Origin: Enterobacteria phage Kha5h
Sequence record: NC_054905.1
Length of the DNA: 64,000 nucleotides
Direction: 5' to 3' (one strand)
This document shows positions 17,980 through 28,272 of the stretch, piece after piece. The notes beneath the pieces were generated by a model. It ran no database searches. It was not told the DNA's origin and saw only the letters and a program-made list of their open reading frames with translations. Both the position numbers and the translations under genes were made by a program. Numbering within the stretch: the first letter of the stretch is position 1; each line of letters starts with the position of its first letter.

Positions 17980-18561
17980 CTAACCAAGCTTTTTAGTTAA
18001 TTCATTCCAATGTTTTCTGCACAAAGAAACATAAATTTCATCACCAATACAGATTTGATTACCTTCTTTAACTGGTGTTCCATCTTCCATTAATCGAGCT
18101 GTCATAATCGCTTTTTTGCCGCAATGACAAACTGCCTTTAGTTCAATAAGTTTATCTGCAATCGCTAAAAGTTCTTTAGAACCTTCAAACAATTTTCCAG
18201 CGAAATCAGTCCTTAATCCATAAGCCATAACAGGAACATTATATGTATCAACAATTCGGCTTAATTGGTGCACCTGTTCAGTTTTTAAAAACTGAGCTTC
18301 ATCTACAAATACGCAATGAATATCTTTTTGTGCTTCAGCCCATTTATAGAACTCGAAAATATCCATATCATCTGTAATAATATTCGCTTCCTGTTTAATT
18401 CCAATGCGAGAAACAACTTCACAGACAGAATCGCGAGTATCAATAGCAGGCTTAAGAACTAATACACTCATTCCACGTTCTTTATAATTATGTGCAGCAG
18501 TCAAAAGAGAAGCAGATTTTCCAGCATTCATTGCTGCATAAGTAAAAATTAAACTCGCCAT
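17980..18561 (-). CDS. tk: thymidine kinase
   Basis: 193 aa; P-loop AAMNAGKS; C-terminal Cys pairs typical of TK. Confidence 0.9.
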   Translation of the reverse strand: MASLIFTYAAMNAGKSASLLTAAHNYKERGMSVLVLKPAIDTRDSVCEVVSRIGIKQEANIITDDMDIFEFYKWAEAQKDIHCVFVDEAQFLKTEQVHQLSRIVDTYNVPVMAYGLRTDFAGKLFEGSKELLAIADKLIELKAVCHCGKKAIMTARLMEDGTPVKEGNQICIGDEIYVSLCRKHWNELTKKLG

Positions 18562-18570
18562 ATCACCTTC

Positions 18571-18756
18571 TTAAAGCGTATTCACATAAGCTATTAATTC
18601 ATTTTCTTTCTTATCAAACCGATCAGCAAATTCTTCCTGCTGTTCGGGAGATAGCGGGCCGTATTCATCATAAAAGGTGTTTGCTTCTGCATGCTCATCT
18701 AGAAGTTCATGGATAAGCTCAAACAATTTATCTTTTTGTTCTTTGCTTAGGCTCAC
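18571..18756 (-). CDS. small helical protein (61 aa), member of a small-protein family
   Basis: ORF track (GTG start); motif SKEQKDKLFELI resembles the 15.8-16.8 kb small proteins. Confidence 0.4.
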   Translation of the reverse strand: MSLSKEQKDKLFELIHELLDEHAEANTFYDEYGPLSPEQQEEFADRFDKKENELIAYVNTL

Positions 18757-18929
18757 AGTATGTCAATCCCCAAAAGTTTTAAAATGACTCGTTTCTGATT
18801 CATAACCGCTACGATTGAATGACCGTTGGGGTCTTTTTGACCCGATCCAATTATAAATCCTTTTTGTGCAGAAAGTTCAATCAAAACATCAAGTTCACGT
18901 AATAATTGATATTTTAAATCATCATTCAT
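18753..18929 (-). CDS. hypothetical small protein (58 aa)
   Basis: hand-translated (MNDDLKYQLLRELDV...), ATGA overlap with upstream stop; not in ORF track. Confidence 0.4.
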   Translation of the reverse strand: MNDDLKYQLLRELDVLIELSAQKGFIIGSGQKDPNGHSIVAVMNQKRVILKLLGIDIL

Positions 18930-19153
18930 TTTGGTTTACCTTCTTTAACGAAATCAGGATAAGGATAAAATCCCGAATAAAATCCTTCACCTTTATGATT
19001 GATGCATCCTTTATTAGAACAATAGCACCAATAATCGAAATCACAAGCCATTTCATCATTACATAAAGCAAAAACAACAGGCCACTTACACTTTTCACAG
19101 TGGGCATTTTTAAGAATACTAGTTTGGCTCATAACCATGTAACCTTTAAGCAA
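18926..19153 (-). CDS. Cys-rich small protein (putative metal-binding)
   Basis: 10 Cys in 75 aa (CEKCKW..., CNDEMACDFDYWCYCSNKGC). Confidence 0.45.
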   Translation of the reverse strand: MLKGYMVMSQTSILKNAHCEKCKWPVVFALCNDEMACDFDYWCYCSNKGCINHKGEGFYSGFYPYPDFVKEGKPK

Positions 19154-19341
19154 TATTCTTCTACATGTTGTTTACGACCTTTCTTATCAATAAAGGTATA
19201 TTCAACGAATGTTCCAATGTAGTCTTTATCTACATCATGTGGACTATTAATTGGACATTTAGTACGGCAAATGCGTTCCCATTGACGAATAATTTCCACT
19301 TTGTTTTTAGGATCAAACGGATGTGGGTAATGTACTTTCAT
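19129..19341 (-). CDS. hypothetical protein (70 aa)
   Basis: ORF track. Confidence 0.4.
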   Translation of the reverse strand: MKVHYPHPFDPKNKVEIIRQWERICRTKCPINSPHDVDKDYIGTFVEYTFIDKKGRKQHVEEYCLKVTWL

Positions 19342-19792
19342 AATCCACCACTATTAAATCAATATCAGGAGTAAACATGTCGATTAATTTAGAAACCTTA
19401 TCCCAATCGCCGCCAGCAATACCACAACCTATGCGTGGAATGTAAATTACTGGTTTAAACAAAAGGGTTTCTGCCTGTAGATTTAATTCTATCATGCAGT
19501 TTACTAAAGCACCATAATCAAGATTAGGACCTGGTTCGTATTGCGTATACAGGTTATAGCATATACCAAAACCATTAGGTTTATGTTTAAAAACAATAGA
19601 CATATCGCCTAATTTATCACGAGAACCGTACTCAGTAGTGGTTTTATCTATTTCTAAAATTTTGGGATAGGCTCTTGCTAATTGACCAGCTACACCACTG
19701 CCCATTGTATGAAAACAGTTACACCCATGCGCAATAATATTACCTTCAAGAAAGAGGGCGACAATATCGCCCTTGATATATTTTACAATCAT
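19313..19792 (-). CDS. macro-domain-like protein (putative ADP-ribose binding/processing)
   Basis: GDIV...MGSGVAGQLA and IPRIGCGIAGGDW resemble the two glycine-rich macro-domain loops. Confidence 0.55.
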   Translation of the reverse strand: MIVKYIKGDIVALFLEGNIIAHGCNCFHTMGSGVAGQLARAYPKILEIDKTTTEYGSRDKLGDMSIVFKHKPNGFGICYNLYTQYEPGPNLDYGALVNCMIELNLQAETLLFKPVIYIPRIGCGIAGGDWDKVSKLIDMFTPDIDLIVVDYESTLPTSV

Positions 19793-20130
19793 CTAGTACT
19801 CAATCCTCGATTATAAGAATCTACCAAACGGTCAACCATTGAATGACAAGCGGCTTTATCTTTTTCCTCCGCAACTGAACATTCTAAGGTATTCCACTTT
19901 TTAGCATATCGTTTTAACAATGTATCGTTTTTGTATCTGCTTGATTTATCTCTTTCTCCGTCTTTATATGCATATATTAATTTCTGCGCAAATTCAGCTT
20001 GGCATGCTTTATTTTTCCCGCAATAATCCGCTGCAGTACGGTTTACATACTCTCTAATTTCAGTATATGATGTATCTGCTAACGCAGAAAATGAAATTAA
20101 TCCTATACATAAAACCAAAATTTTAGTCAT
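19789..20130 (-). CDS. hypothetical secreted protein
   Basis: signal-peptide-like MTKILVLCIGLISFSALA; 4 Cys. Confidence 0.5.
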   Translation of the reverse strand: MTKILVLCIGLISFSALADTSYTEIREYVNRTAADYCGKNKACQAEFAQKLIYAYKDGERDKSSRYKNDTLLKRYAKKWNTLECSVAEEKDKAACHSMVDRLVDSYNRGLSTR

Positions 20131-20668
20131 TTACTATTTCCAAAAGTTTATTATTTTTAAGGTAATTAGCCTTTTCTAGGACTTCAGAAGCATATTTAGA
20201 ACCTGCTTTAACATTCCATCCCGAATTATAAGAGGATATTGCTTTTCTTATATCGCCCTTATGTATATTTAACCAATAAGAAAGTTCAATGTACGCCCAG
20301 GAAGCTGAATTGGACCGTTTATTCAACATTCTTTTTATTTCAGCATCGGTCATATTATAACCAAGTTCCTTAACTCTTGCTCGCATTGTCGGCAAATAAT
20401 TTTGGAACATTCCGTAGGCATGATGCTTTGGTTTAGATTTTAAATTAACTCCGGCAGAGCTTTCTTGCCATAAAATAGCAGCCATTATATGACCTAATCC
20501 GCTCTTGTGGATATTTTTGTGTGTTTTATATTTTCCATCCTTAGAAAATTGTTCCCCGAATTGATACGCGTAACGCATGTTATCGAGTTGGACATTACTG
20601 AAAGTATGCTCGGAGCTATGTGCCATCATTGAAATGGCCAATAGACCAGCGAGTAGTGCTTTTCTCAT
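20123..20668 (-). CDS. periplasmic lytic-transglycosylase-like protein
   Basis: signal peptide; SLT-like motifs QESSAG and AYGMFQ. Confidence 0.6.
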   Translation of the reverse strand: MRKALLAGLLAISMMAHSSEHTFSNVQLDNMRYAYQFGEQFSKDGKYKTHKNIHKSGLGHIMAAILWQESSAGVNLKSKPKHHAYGMFQNYLPTMRARVKELGYNMTDAEIKRMLNKRSNSASWAYIELSYWLNIHKGDIRKAISSYNSGWNVKAGSKYASEVLEKANYLKNNKLLEIVND

Positions 20669-20675
20669 GTTTACC

Positions 20676-21137
20676 TCATTGAGTTTTAATTACTGCTTTA
20701 GAAGCCTTTCCTGGTAAACGACGACTGTTGATAATTGCCATCCTGCATTGAAGTGACGGGTTTTTGAACTTCTCATTAGGCTTACAAACTGTAAATCCAA
20801 GCCAAAGATTTCCATCTGTGATTTCTAAACGTCCAGGACGATATTCAATCCCATCAATAAAATCCTCGTCAATGTCAGGACGCGGAGGCATACTCAGGAA
20901 TTCATTAACTTCTAAAACATGGTCTTTTATTTTATGGAATAATTCAAAAACGTATGTCTCATCAATCTCCCGTTGAATTGCGCGATCAAGAAGATGCTGA
21001 GAATATTTTAGATGAAACGATGAGACTCCTGCTGCTTTTGATGCCTCACGAATCTCATTGTTAATTTGACGAAACTCCGACTCAAAGTGACGACGAAGCT
21101 TATTTCGACGGATAAAAACTTCTGTGTTGATAGTCAT
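20676..21137 (-). CDS. regB: site-specific endoribonuclease RegB
   Basis: 153 aa; sequence MTINTEVFIRRNKLRRHFESEF... matches T4 RegB as recalled. Confidence 0.9.
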   Translation of the reverse strand: MTINTEVFIRRNKLRRHFESEFRQINNEIREASKAAGVSSFHLKYSQHLLDRAIQREIDETYVFELFHKIKDHVLEVNEFLSMPPRPDIDEDFIDGIEYRPGRLEITDGNLWLGFTVCKPNEKFKNPSLQCRMAIINSRRLPGKASKAVIKTQ

Positions 21138-21164
21138 GTTATTCTCCTCTTAACTGATAGAAAA

Positions 21165-21194
21165 ATTATACCACAGTCAAGAGGAAAAGTAAAC
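21165..21194 (-). promoter_or_regulatory. T4-type early promoter upstream of regB
   Basis: GTTTAC-N18-TGGTATAAT. Confidence 0.6.
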
Positions 21195-21196
21195 AA

Positions 21197-21475
21197 TTAT
21201 TCTTTAAATCTAATCAATTTATTCATAGACTTTGAAACTTCTGCACGAACCTCATGTAGGTTTTTAAGCTGTTCAAGACGCTGCTCATAGTAAGCAATTT
21301 CATCTTCTTCGAGACAGTCCTGCGAATCTTCTTTAAGATAACGTGCATAGTCCTGGAAAGCTTTACGGACTACTTCCTGGAAGTCATCAAGACTTTGAAT
21401 TTTCTTAGGAGCAACAGATACACGACGAGGGGCAGTATAATACTCATAACCAAACCCTGCGCTTAATTGAGCCAT
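21197..21475 (-). CDS. hypothetical protein (92 aa)
   Basis: start moved to ATG 21473-21475 ([12 protein letters not shown]...). Confidence 0.45.
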   Translation of the reverse strand: MAQLSAGFGYEYYTAPRRVSVAPKKIQSLDDFQEVVRKAFQDYARYLKEDSQDCLEEDEIAYYEQRLEQLKNLHEVRAEVSKSMNKLIRFKE

Positions 21476-21741
21476 TAATATTTTTCCTCTGGTTGGAACA
21501 CAGCACGACAAGCCCACATACTGGCTTCTTTGAGTTTCGTTTTAGCAATAGTTAACTGATCGAGGCTTTCAGCATAATTCTTCGCGAATTCACAGTCTTC
21601 ACAATTATCTAGTGCTTCCCAGAATTCATCATATAAAGCGTCAAAGATAAGTCCTAAACGAACTTCAGCGTCTTTGATAGCATTCACTTTACCGATTTTC
21701 TCTTCAGTATGTGGCTTATAACCCTTAATATCTTCAATCAT
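21475..21741 (-). CDS. hypothetical protein (88 aa)
   Basis: start moved to ATG 21739-21741 behind GAGGAAG SD. Confidence 0.45.
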   Translation of the reverse strand: MIEDIKGYKPHTEEKIGKVNAIKDAEVRLGLIFDALYDEFWEALDNCEDCEFAKNYAESLDQLTIAKTKLKEASMWACRAVFQPEEKY

Positions 21742-21955
21742 ATTTGACTTCCTCACCAGTACATAAATCATATTCAACTAAACGAATAGGTTCATGAATG
21801 CCATATCCTTGAACAGAAATTTCTGTCGTAGGATAAATTCCATCAATATCACCCATATTCCATGCTTCATTAAATTGTTGTTCGCCTGAATTACTAAACC
21901 ATTCGGCGAAAGCATTTAGCACATCTTTAGAACCTTCAATAATTATCTTTGCCAT
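21734..21955 (-). CDS. hypothetical protein (73 aa)
   Basis: ORF track. Confidence 0.45.
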   Translation of the reverse strand: MAKIIIEGSKDVLNAFAEWFSNSGEQQFNEAWNMGDIDGIYPTTEISVQGYGIHEPIRLVEYDLCTGEEVKYD

Positions 21956-22317
21956 TACAAACTCTCAGTAAAGGTACGAGCGATAACGTCGCGCTGCTGT
22001 TCCGGAGTCAGAGAGTTAAAGCGAACTGCATAACCGGATACACGGATGGTCAGCTGCGGATATTTTTCCGGATGCTTAACTGCATCTTCCAGAGTTTCGC
22101 GACGCAGAACGTTAACGTTCAGGTGTTGACCACCTTCAATTTTAACTGTAGGCTGTGGTTCAATTTCAATTTCACGGGCATGCAAACCGTAGAAAATTTC
22201 TGGGTCTACAAAAGAGTCCTCTTTAAAGGTTTTAGAGACAATAATTCGTGCTTGAATACCATCTTCAAAATAAATAGTACCTTTATGTGTGCCTTCAAGA
22301 ATTTGATATGCTTTCAT
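21955..22317 (-). CDS. autonomous glycyl-radical cofactor (GrcA/YfiD-like)
   Basis: C-terminal [59 protein letters not shown] carries the RVSGY glycyl-radical motif and matches E. coli GrcA as recalled. Confidence 0.85.
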   Translation of the reverse strand: MKAYQILEGTHKGTIYFEDGIQARIIVSKTFKEDSFVDPEIFYGLHAREIEIEPQPTVKIEGGQHLNVNVLRRETLEDAVKHPEKYPQLTIRVSGYAVRFNSLTPEQQRDVIARTFTESL

Positions 22318-22323
22318 ATAACC

Positions 22324-22653
22324 TCAATTAGAAAATAAATTTATCCAAGATTGTTCTTTAATTAAAAATGGCTCAGAATCATATGCCATTAAACTTTGGG
22401 TAATTAGTCCTTTAAAAGGCCCATCAATAAATTCCATGGTAAAATATGGAATTTTATTCATTAATCTTGCATTAGGAGCAGTACACAAAACTCTGCATCC
22501 TTTGAATACGCCTTTTTGTAATTTGTATTGCTTAGGATAAAATTCGCTCAAGACGTTGTTATTTGCCAAAATTTCAAAATGATTCACCAATTTATTTTTA
22601 ATAGTTTTTGGCGAAAAATAAAGATATTCGAAAAGTTGCGTGTCTGTCATCAT
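22324..22653 (-). CDS. hypothetical protein (109 aa)
   Basis: start moved to ATG 22651-22653, ATGA overlap with upstream stop. Confidence 0.45.
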   Translation of the reverse strand: MMTDTQLFEYLYFSPKTIKNKLVNHFEILANNNVLSEFYPKQYKLQKGVFKGCRVLCTAPNARLMNKIPYFTMEFIDGPFKGLITQSLMAYDSEPFLIKEQSWINLFSN

Positions 22654-23237
22654 TGCATTCCGATTATGAAAAACTGTGGACGAGTAATACCACCAATGCA
22701 ACACTTGCTATTACAACAGTAATGTACAGTTTCAATATGAATATTGTAAATTTTATCCATATCAGGAGATTTAACAGGCTCATCAATTATATACAAAATC
22801 CGCGAAAGCGATAAACCTCTGAACTTGCTTCCTTTATTACCGATAAAACTACGGACAGAATCGGTAAATAAGCGGAATCGAATATCATCGCTAGAATAAC
22901 GAGAAAATTCTTTTTTAATGTGGCCCGCAGAAATTTTAGCGTAAGCTGAAGTATTAGAAAGAACAATAACTGTTCCACCATCATACAGCCAATTAGCAGC
23001 AAAGTTAGTCACAGCAGTTGATTTACCGGATTGTCTGCCACCATCTAATCGAAGTGTGCAATACTGCTTGAGTAAGTCTTCAAATGGTGGGATATAATCG
23101 TTTTTACAAATTTCTTCTACTCTAGCATCAGAATGGTGTGTAAAAGCATTCATCAGGGATAGATAAGGACCAGTTAAAAATGTTCTCATTTTATTCTCTC
23201 TAAATTTGGGCCATTCCATGGCGCATGAATTGTCCAT
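22650..23237 (-). CDS. small P-loop NTPase-like protein
   Basis: Walker A-like GGRQSGKST and Walker B-like LYIIDEP. Confidence 0.5.
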   Translation of the reverse strand: MDNSCAMEWPKFRENKMRTFLTGPYLSLMNAFTHHSDARVEEICKNDYIPPFEDLLKQYCTLRLDGGRQSGKSTAVTNFAANWLYDGGTVIVLSNTSAYAKISAGHIKKEFSRYSSDDIRFRLFTDSVRSFIGNKGSKFRGLSLSRILYIIDEPVKSPDMDKIYNIHIETVHYCCNSKCCIGGITRPQFFIIGMQ

Positions 23238-23342
23238 TTCTGTATTTACCCATTACCGCACTTGGGCTCGACCTTATTACAGGTTGGCGGGAATCCCTCA
23301 TAGAATCATGAGGTCCAGCTTGTTCCCATATTTCTTATTTGC

Positions 23343-23816
23343 TTATTTGAATGATTTGACGTACTGAATAGAACCTTTACTATTCACGAAAGCGATTTTA
23401 CCATTTTTATTATACATGGTAGCAGTACGCTGATAGCCATAAGTTTGTTTACCAGATTGATAACCAACTAATGCGAAATTATCTTCACCCATTTTATTCT
23501 GTTTAGCGCGAATACGTTCATGACCGTGTGCCATAAGAACCTTAGCATCACCAGTTGAAATTGATCTACGAGTTTTTTCATCTTCAACTGTATTAACAAA
23601 GTCGTCAAATGAATCAAATTTAGCATGGGATTTATTATACAGTTTTCCATCTACTGCATAATTATATCCCTGTACATCCATCTCAACTTCTGTACCATCA
23701 TCCAATACAGCAGTGATTTTTTGACCTTTTTTAAATTTCAAAAGATCAGTAAAAGATTCAGCAATAATTTGAGAATTAATAGCTGCTTCAGTGATAAATT
23801 CTTGATATGTTTTCAT
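23343..23816 (-). CDS. candidate packaged internal protein with capsid-targeting-like N-terminus
   Basis: N-terminus MKTYQEFITE-AAINSQIIAE matches the T4 internal-protein CTS (MKTYQEF, L/I-x-x-E protease sites). Confidence 0.6.
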   Translation of the reverse strand: MKTYQEFITEAAINSQIIAESFTDLLKFKKGQKITAVLDDGTEVEMDVQGYNYAVDGKLYNKSHAKFDSFDDFVNTVEDEKTRRSISTGDAKVLMAHGHERIRAKQNKMGEDNFALVGYQSGKQTYGYQRTATMYNKNGKIAFVNSKGSIQYVKSFK

Positions 23817-23825
23817 ATGTTTCCT

Positions 23826-24242
23826 TTAAATGTAAATATTTTTGCCGTAATACTTGTACCAGTGTGGCTTCATTAAAATTTTTTCATCGAGTCGTTGTTG
23901 ACTCAATTTAATAGCTGATTTGCATGGATTATAATCATTTTTCCATTCTGCTGGAATATCGCTGATGTCAGGAACTTCAGTATCTTTTATACTAAACCCA
24001 CGTTTTAAGCATTCCGTTATAATGTCTGATTGACGCTTTCGCAAAAATTCTAACTTATCGTAAAAGAACGTAACATGACCAGAGCCTAAAATAAACTCGG
24101 AAGATATTTTAAAATCTTTAACCCGCTTACCATTTGCCACATGTTTACGAACTATACCAAAAACACGCGGCAATTCACGATACTCAGCCATAAGATGTTG
24201 GTCGGTCAGTTCAGAAACAAGTGTTAAATTGATACGAGTCAT
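23826..24242 (-). CDS. denV: pyrimidine-dimer DNA glycosylase (endonuclease V)
   Basis: 138 aa from ATG 24240-24242 behind GGAGGA SD; [12 protein letters not shown]... matches T4 EndoV as recalled. Confidence 0.9.
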   Translation of the reverse strand: MTRINLTLVSELTDQHLMAEYRELPRVFGIVRKHVANGKRVKDFKISSEFILGSGHVTFFYDKLEFLRKRQSDIITECLKRGFSIKDTEVPDISDIPAEWKNDYNPCKSAIKLSQQRLDEKILMKPHWYKYYGKNIYI

Positions 24243-24269
24243 AATTTCCTCCAAGTAGTTGATGAATGT

Positions 24270-24299
24270 ATAGTATCAAAGTCCTTGGAGGAAGTAAAC
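24270..24299 (-). promoter_or_regulatory. T4-type early promoter upstream of denV
   Basis: GTTTAC-N18-TGATACTAT. Confidence 0.55.
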
Positions 24300-24300
24300 A

Positions 24301-25541
<1,241 letters not shown>

Positions 25542-25560
<19 letters not shown>

Positions 25561-26030
25561 TCGGTGATAAAATTATTTAAATTTTGAGTATATTTCTTTT
25601 CATCAAAAATCTTTTGCTGCCTACGTAAACGCCATGGCATTTCAATGAACGTGTACCATATCCCAGATAATATTGCTGCTGTAAAAATATTAACAAGTAT
25701 GGTTAAAATAATCCAATCTCCCGTTCTGTCTACTGGACTTTCTCCAAAGAAGCAAAATACAAATGATGTCACAGGAAAACTAATAATATACCACAGAATC
25801 ATAATCTTATCTGTGAACCAATCAGTGTTCGTTAATTTAGCGCGACCATTATGAATACACACGAATTTATCATCTGTTGCAGTAGATGGCTTAACTGGTT
25901 GATATCCCATTCTAAACTCCCTAATCAGCAAATTTTTCATATCTTCGGAACAGCCATTCCAGTCAACTCTATCAACTGAAATGCCATCATCCCCATCATC
26001 TAAATCATACCAGCGAGTTTTTAAAATCAT
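25542..26030 (-). CDS. membrane protein, member of a tandem paralogue family
   Basis: hydrophobic helices; C-terminal tail ...NNFITECRKLK. Confidence 0.5.
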
Positions 26031-26401
26031 TTGATTTTCCTACAATCATTCACGAATTCTTTCATTGATTCATTTTCAATATAAGACATGTAGTTATTAT
26101 ATTCTTTTAATTGTATTTTGTAATCCTTTTTTCTTTGCCAATTTATTTTAAAATTATCATAATGAAAATATAAAATAATACCAAAGAATGAAAATAATGA
26201 AATCGCTATAGTATAATGAAGTTCACTCCAAACTTCTATTATATCTACTATACCGCTGACATTACTGCGGATGTTTAAAATAATACAGTCAATCATTAAT
26301 CCAATAAGACTACCAGCAAGAGCTGCAGCCAACGCCACAGCAAAAATTAAAAATGACTCAGAAAAAGAATATTTGACTTTATTTAGTTTTGGCTTTTGCA
26401 T
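26027..26401 (-). CDS. membrane protein, member of a tandem paralogue family
   Basis: two hydrophobic helices; C-terminal tail ...KEFVNDCRKIK. Confidence 0.5.
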   Translation of the reverse strand: MQKPKLNKVKYSFSESFLIFAVALAAALAGSLIGLMIDCIILNIRSNVSGIVDIIEVWSELHYTIAISLFSFFGIILYFHYDNFKINWQRKKDYKIQLKEYNNYMSYIENESMKEFVNDCRKIK

Positions 26402-26796
26402 CGTGATTCCTTAACAAATTTCATAATTTCGTTAAATTCATGCATATCTAATTTAAGCTGGTGTTCCTTTTTAATCTTTTTACACTGAGCTTTCCATTCA
26501 CGTACACGTTTACGATAATGCCTTCCTTGATACCAATATCCTACCCAATTTACAGGTACCAATAAAAATGGAACTACTAATGGAAGAATTAATACTAACA
26601 AAAATATTACGCCAGATTCAATATCAGTCATAAAGTCTATAACCATTCCAACAACCAATAGAATTACAAATGATATAGCTGTCACAGGACCTATTAATAC
26701 ATCAGTAGGAATTAGCTGACGCTTTAGTTCATACTTCACAGGTTTACTTGGAAGGTATAGTGATGGCTTTGACATATTCTCTACATTCCTTAACAA
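26383..26796 (-). CDS. membrane protein, member of a tandem paralogue family
   Basis: two hydrophobic helices; C-terminal tail ...MKFVKESRCKSQN. Confidence 0.5.
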   Translation of the reverse strand: MLRNVENMSKPSLYLPSKPVKYELKRQLIPTDVLIGPVTAISFVILLVVGMVIDFMTDIESGVIFLLVLILPLVVPFLLVPVNWVGYWYQGRHYRKRVREWKAQCKKIKKEHQLKLDMHEFNEIMKFVKESRCKSQN

Positions 26797-27349
26797 ATTT
26801 TTCTAATAATAAATCGCTTTCAAAATTAGGATTTTCCACGAATTTATCAAAAAGATCATCAACGATAGTTAAGATATTCTTTTTATTAAGAATACGCTTA
26901 TTTTCATATTTTGTTTCAGAGTCAACTATAAGAGTAAAGAAATATTTCTTTCCCTGAAATTTTACCGTAGTATCAATATAGAACAAATTTGACTTTTGTA
27001 AATTACGTTTAAACCATGCGTCACTTAAACTGTAAACGCCAAGATAATCATAATCGTCATTTAAATAACAAACTGTCCATTCAGGAGAAATGAAATCAGT
27101 AAATTCAACATCAAAATCACACGTCAATGAATGAATTGATTCAATACTTTTAATGAGTATTCCAGGACGTATTAAAGACTTTTTACCTTTATAAAATCCA
27201 GAAAGACTTTCATCAGTTTCGTATGAAGACCCCCAATAGTAATTACGTCCTTCTGCCATACGTTTAAGAGCATTTAGTAATTGATCTGGAACATCAACCT
27301 GTCTTTGGAACTCTTCAAACATTGAATTGAAATCACTTTGCATTTTCAT
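26744..27349 (-). CDS. hypothetical protein (201 aa)
   Basis: ORF track; C-terminus ...KFVKECREY shares the junction motif of the downstream membrane genes. Confidence 0.5.
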   Translation of the reverse strand: MKMQSDFNSMFEEFQRQVDVPDQLLNALKRMAEGRNYYWGSSYETDESLSGFYKGKKSLIRPGILIKSIESIHSLTCDFDVEFTDFISPEWTVCYLNDDYDYLGVYSLSDAWFKRNLQKSNLFYIDTTVKFQGKKYFFTLIVDSETKYENKRILNKKNILTIVDDLFDKFVENPNFESDLLLEKFVKECREYVKAITIPSK

Positions 27350-27370
27350 TCCTATTTACTCCAAGTAATA

Positions 27371-27384
27371 GGGGCCGAAGCCCC
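27371..27384 (-). terminator. GC hairpin, possible terminator or RNA-stability element
   Basis: GGGGCCGAAGCCCC; weak U-tract. Confidence 0.4.
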
Positions 27385-27390
27385 TTATCA

Positions 27391-27984
27391 TTATTTCAGA
27401 GAATTAATGTATTCCTGAACATCGGCAGAGGTAGTTTCAACCCCAGAAATATTACCGTTAAAGGTTTCAACTCGGGCAAGAGTATCTTCAATATCAACCT
27501 TAGTCAGTGCTGCAATTTCAACTACATCATCAGCAGTACTAATTCCGAGGGCATTCGCTGCGCGAGTTTCACGGATATATTCCAATTTAACCGCAAGTTC
27601 TTGACGAGCATCATCCAATTCAACTACTTTCTTGGCGATTTCAATTCGCATTTCAGCATACCCATCAGCTTTAGTAGTCAGCTGTTCAGCTGTTCGACGA
27701 TATAGCAAGCCGAGTTTAGCATGCATTGTTACATCTTGACCTTCAGAAAGAAGCTTGCGAATTTCACGCTCTTTTGATTCAGCCTGTTTATTCTTTTCAA
27801 TAACAAGTTCACGAATACGTTTTTCTTCATTAATAGATTTAACAGAAGCAGTTTTTAGATCTTTAATTTTATCAAGTAGTTTTGCTGCTGCAGCAGTATA
27901 CTGTTCTTCAACAGATAGATTTTTAGCCATAGCAGAACCAAGTTTAGTGCGAATAAACTCAACAATTTTCTTCAAAGTGTTCAT
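27391..27984 (-). CDS. hypothetical coiled-coil protein (197 aa)
   Basis: ORF track; long heptad-rich helical sequence. Confidence 0.5.
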   Translation of the reverse strand: MNTLKKIVEFIRTKLGSAMAKNLSVEEQYTAAAAKLLDKIKDLKTASVKSINEEKRIRELVIEKNKQAESKEREIRKLLSEGQDVTMHAKLGLLYRRTAEQLTTKADGYAEMRIEIAKKVVELDDARQELAVKLEYIRETRAANALGISTADDVVEIAALTKVDIEDTLARVETFNGNISGVETTSADVQEYINSLK

Positions 27985-28027
27985 AGTATTTCCTTAGGTT
28001 GATTAAGATTTAAAATCCGTGAGAGTA

Positions 28028-28204
28028 TTATACTCCGGATAGTTTGTAAACTATTTCAACATCGCCTTTTGCTGCTTTATAACCTTCAGCCCAAGATATA
28101 ACCGAGTTTTTATCTGAAGATTCAAATTCTGGCATTGGGCTTTCGCCAATGTTCACACAATATGTTTCTTCATTTTCGTCGAACCAAATAATTAAAGTAG
28201 TCAT
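28028..28204 (-). CDS. hypothetical small protein (58 aa)
   Basis: hand-translated (MTTLIIWFDENEETYCV...), GGAGAAATAA SD; not in ORF track. Confidence 0.4.
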   Translation of the reverse strand: MTTLIIWFDENEETYCVNIGESPMPEFESSDKNSVISWAEGYKAAKGDVEIVYKLSGV

Positions 28205-28272
28205 TTATTTCTCCGTTTCTATATTTGTTTTGATAAGTCTATAATAACACCGTCCTTGGTGTTTGTACACAA

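Noticed and set aside
27391-27984. Possible PspA/IM30-like coiled-coil protein
   Set aside because: The resemblance is only generic coiled-coil composition; no motif could be supported by eye
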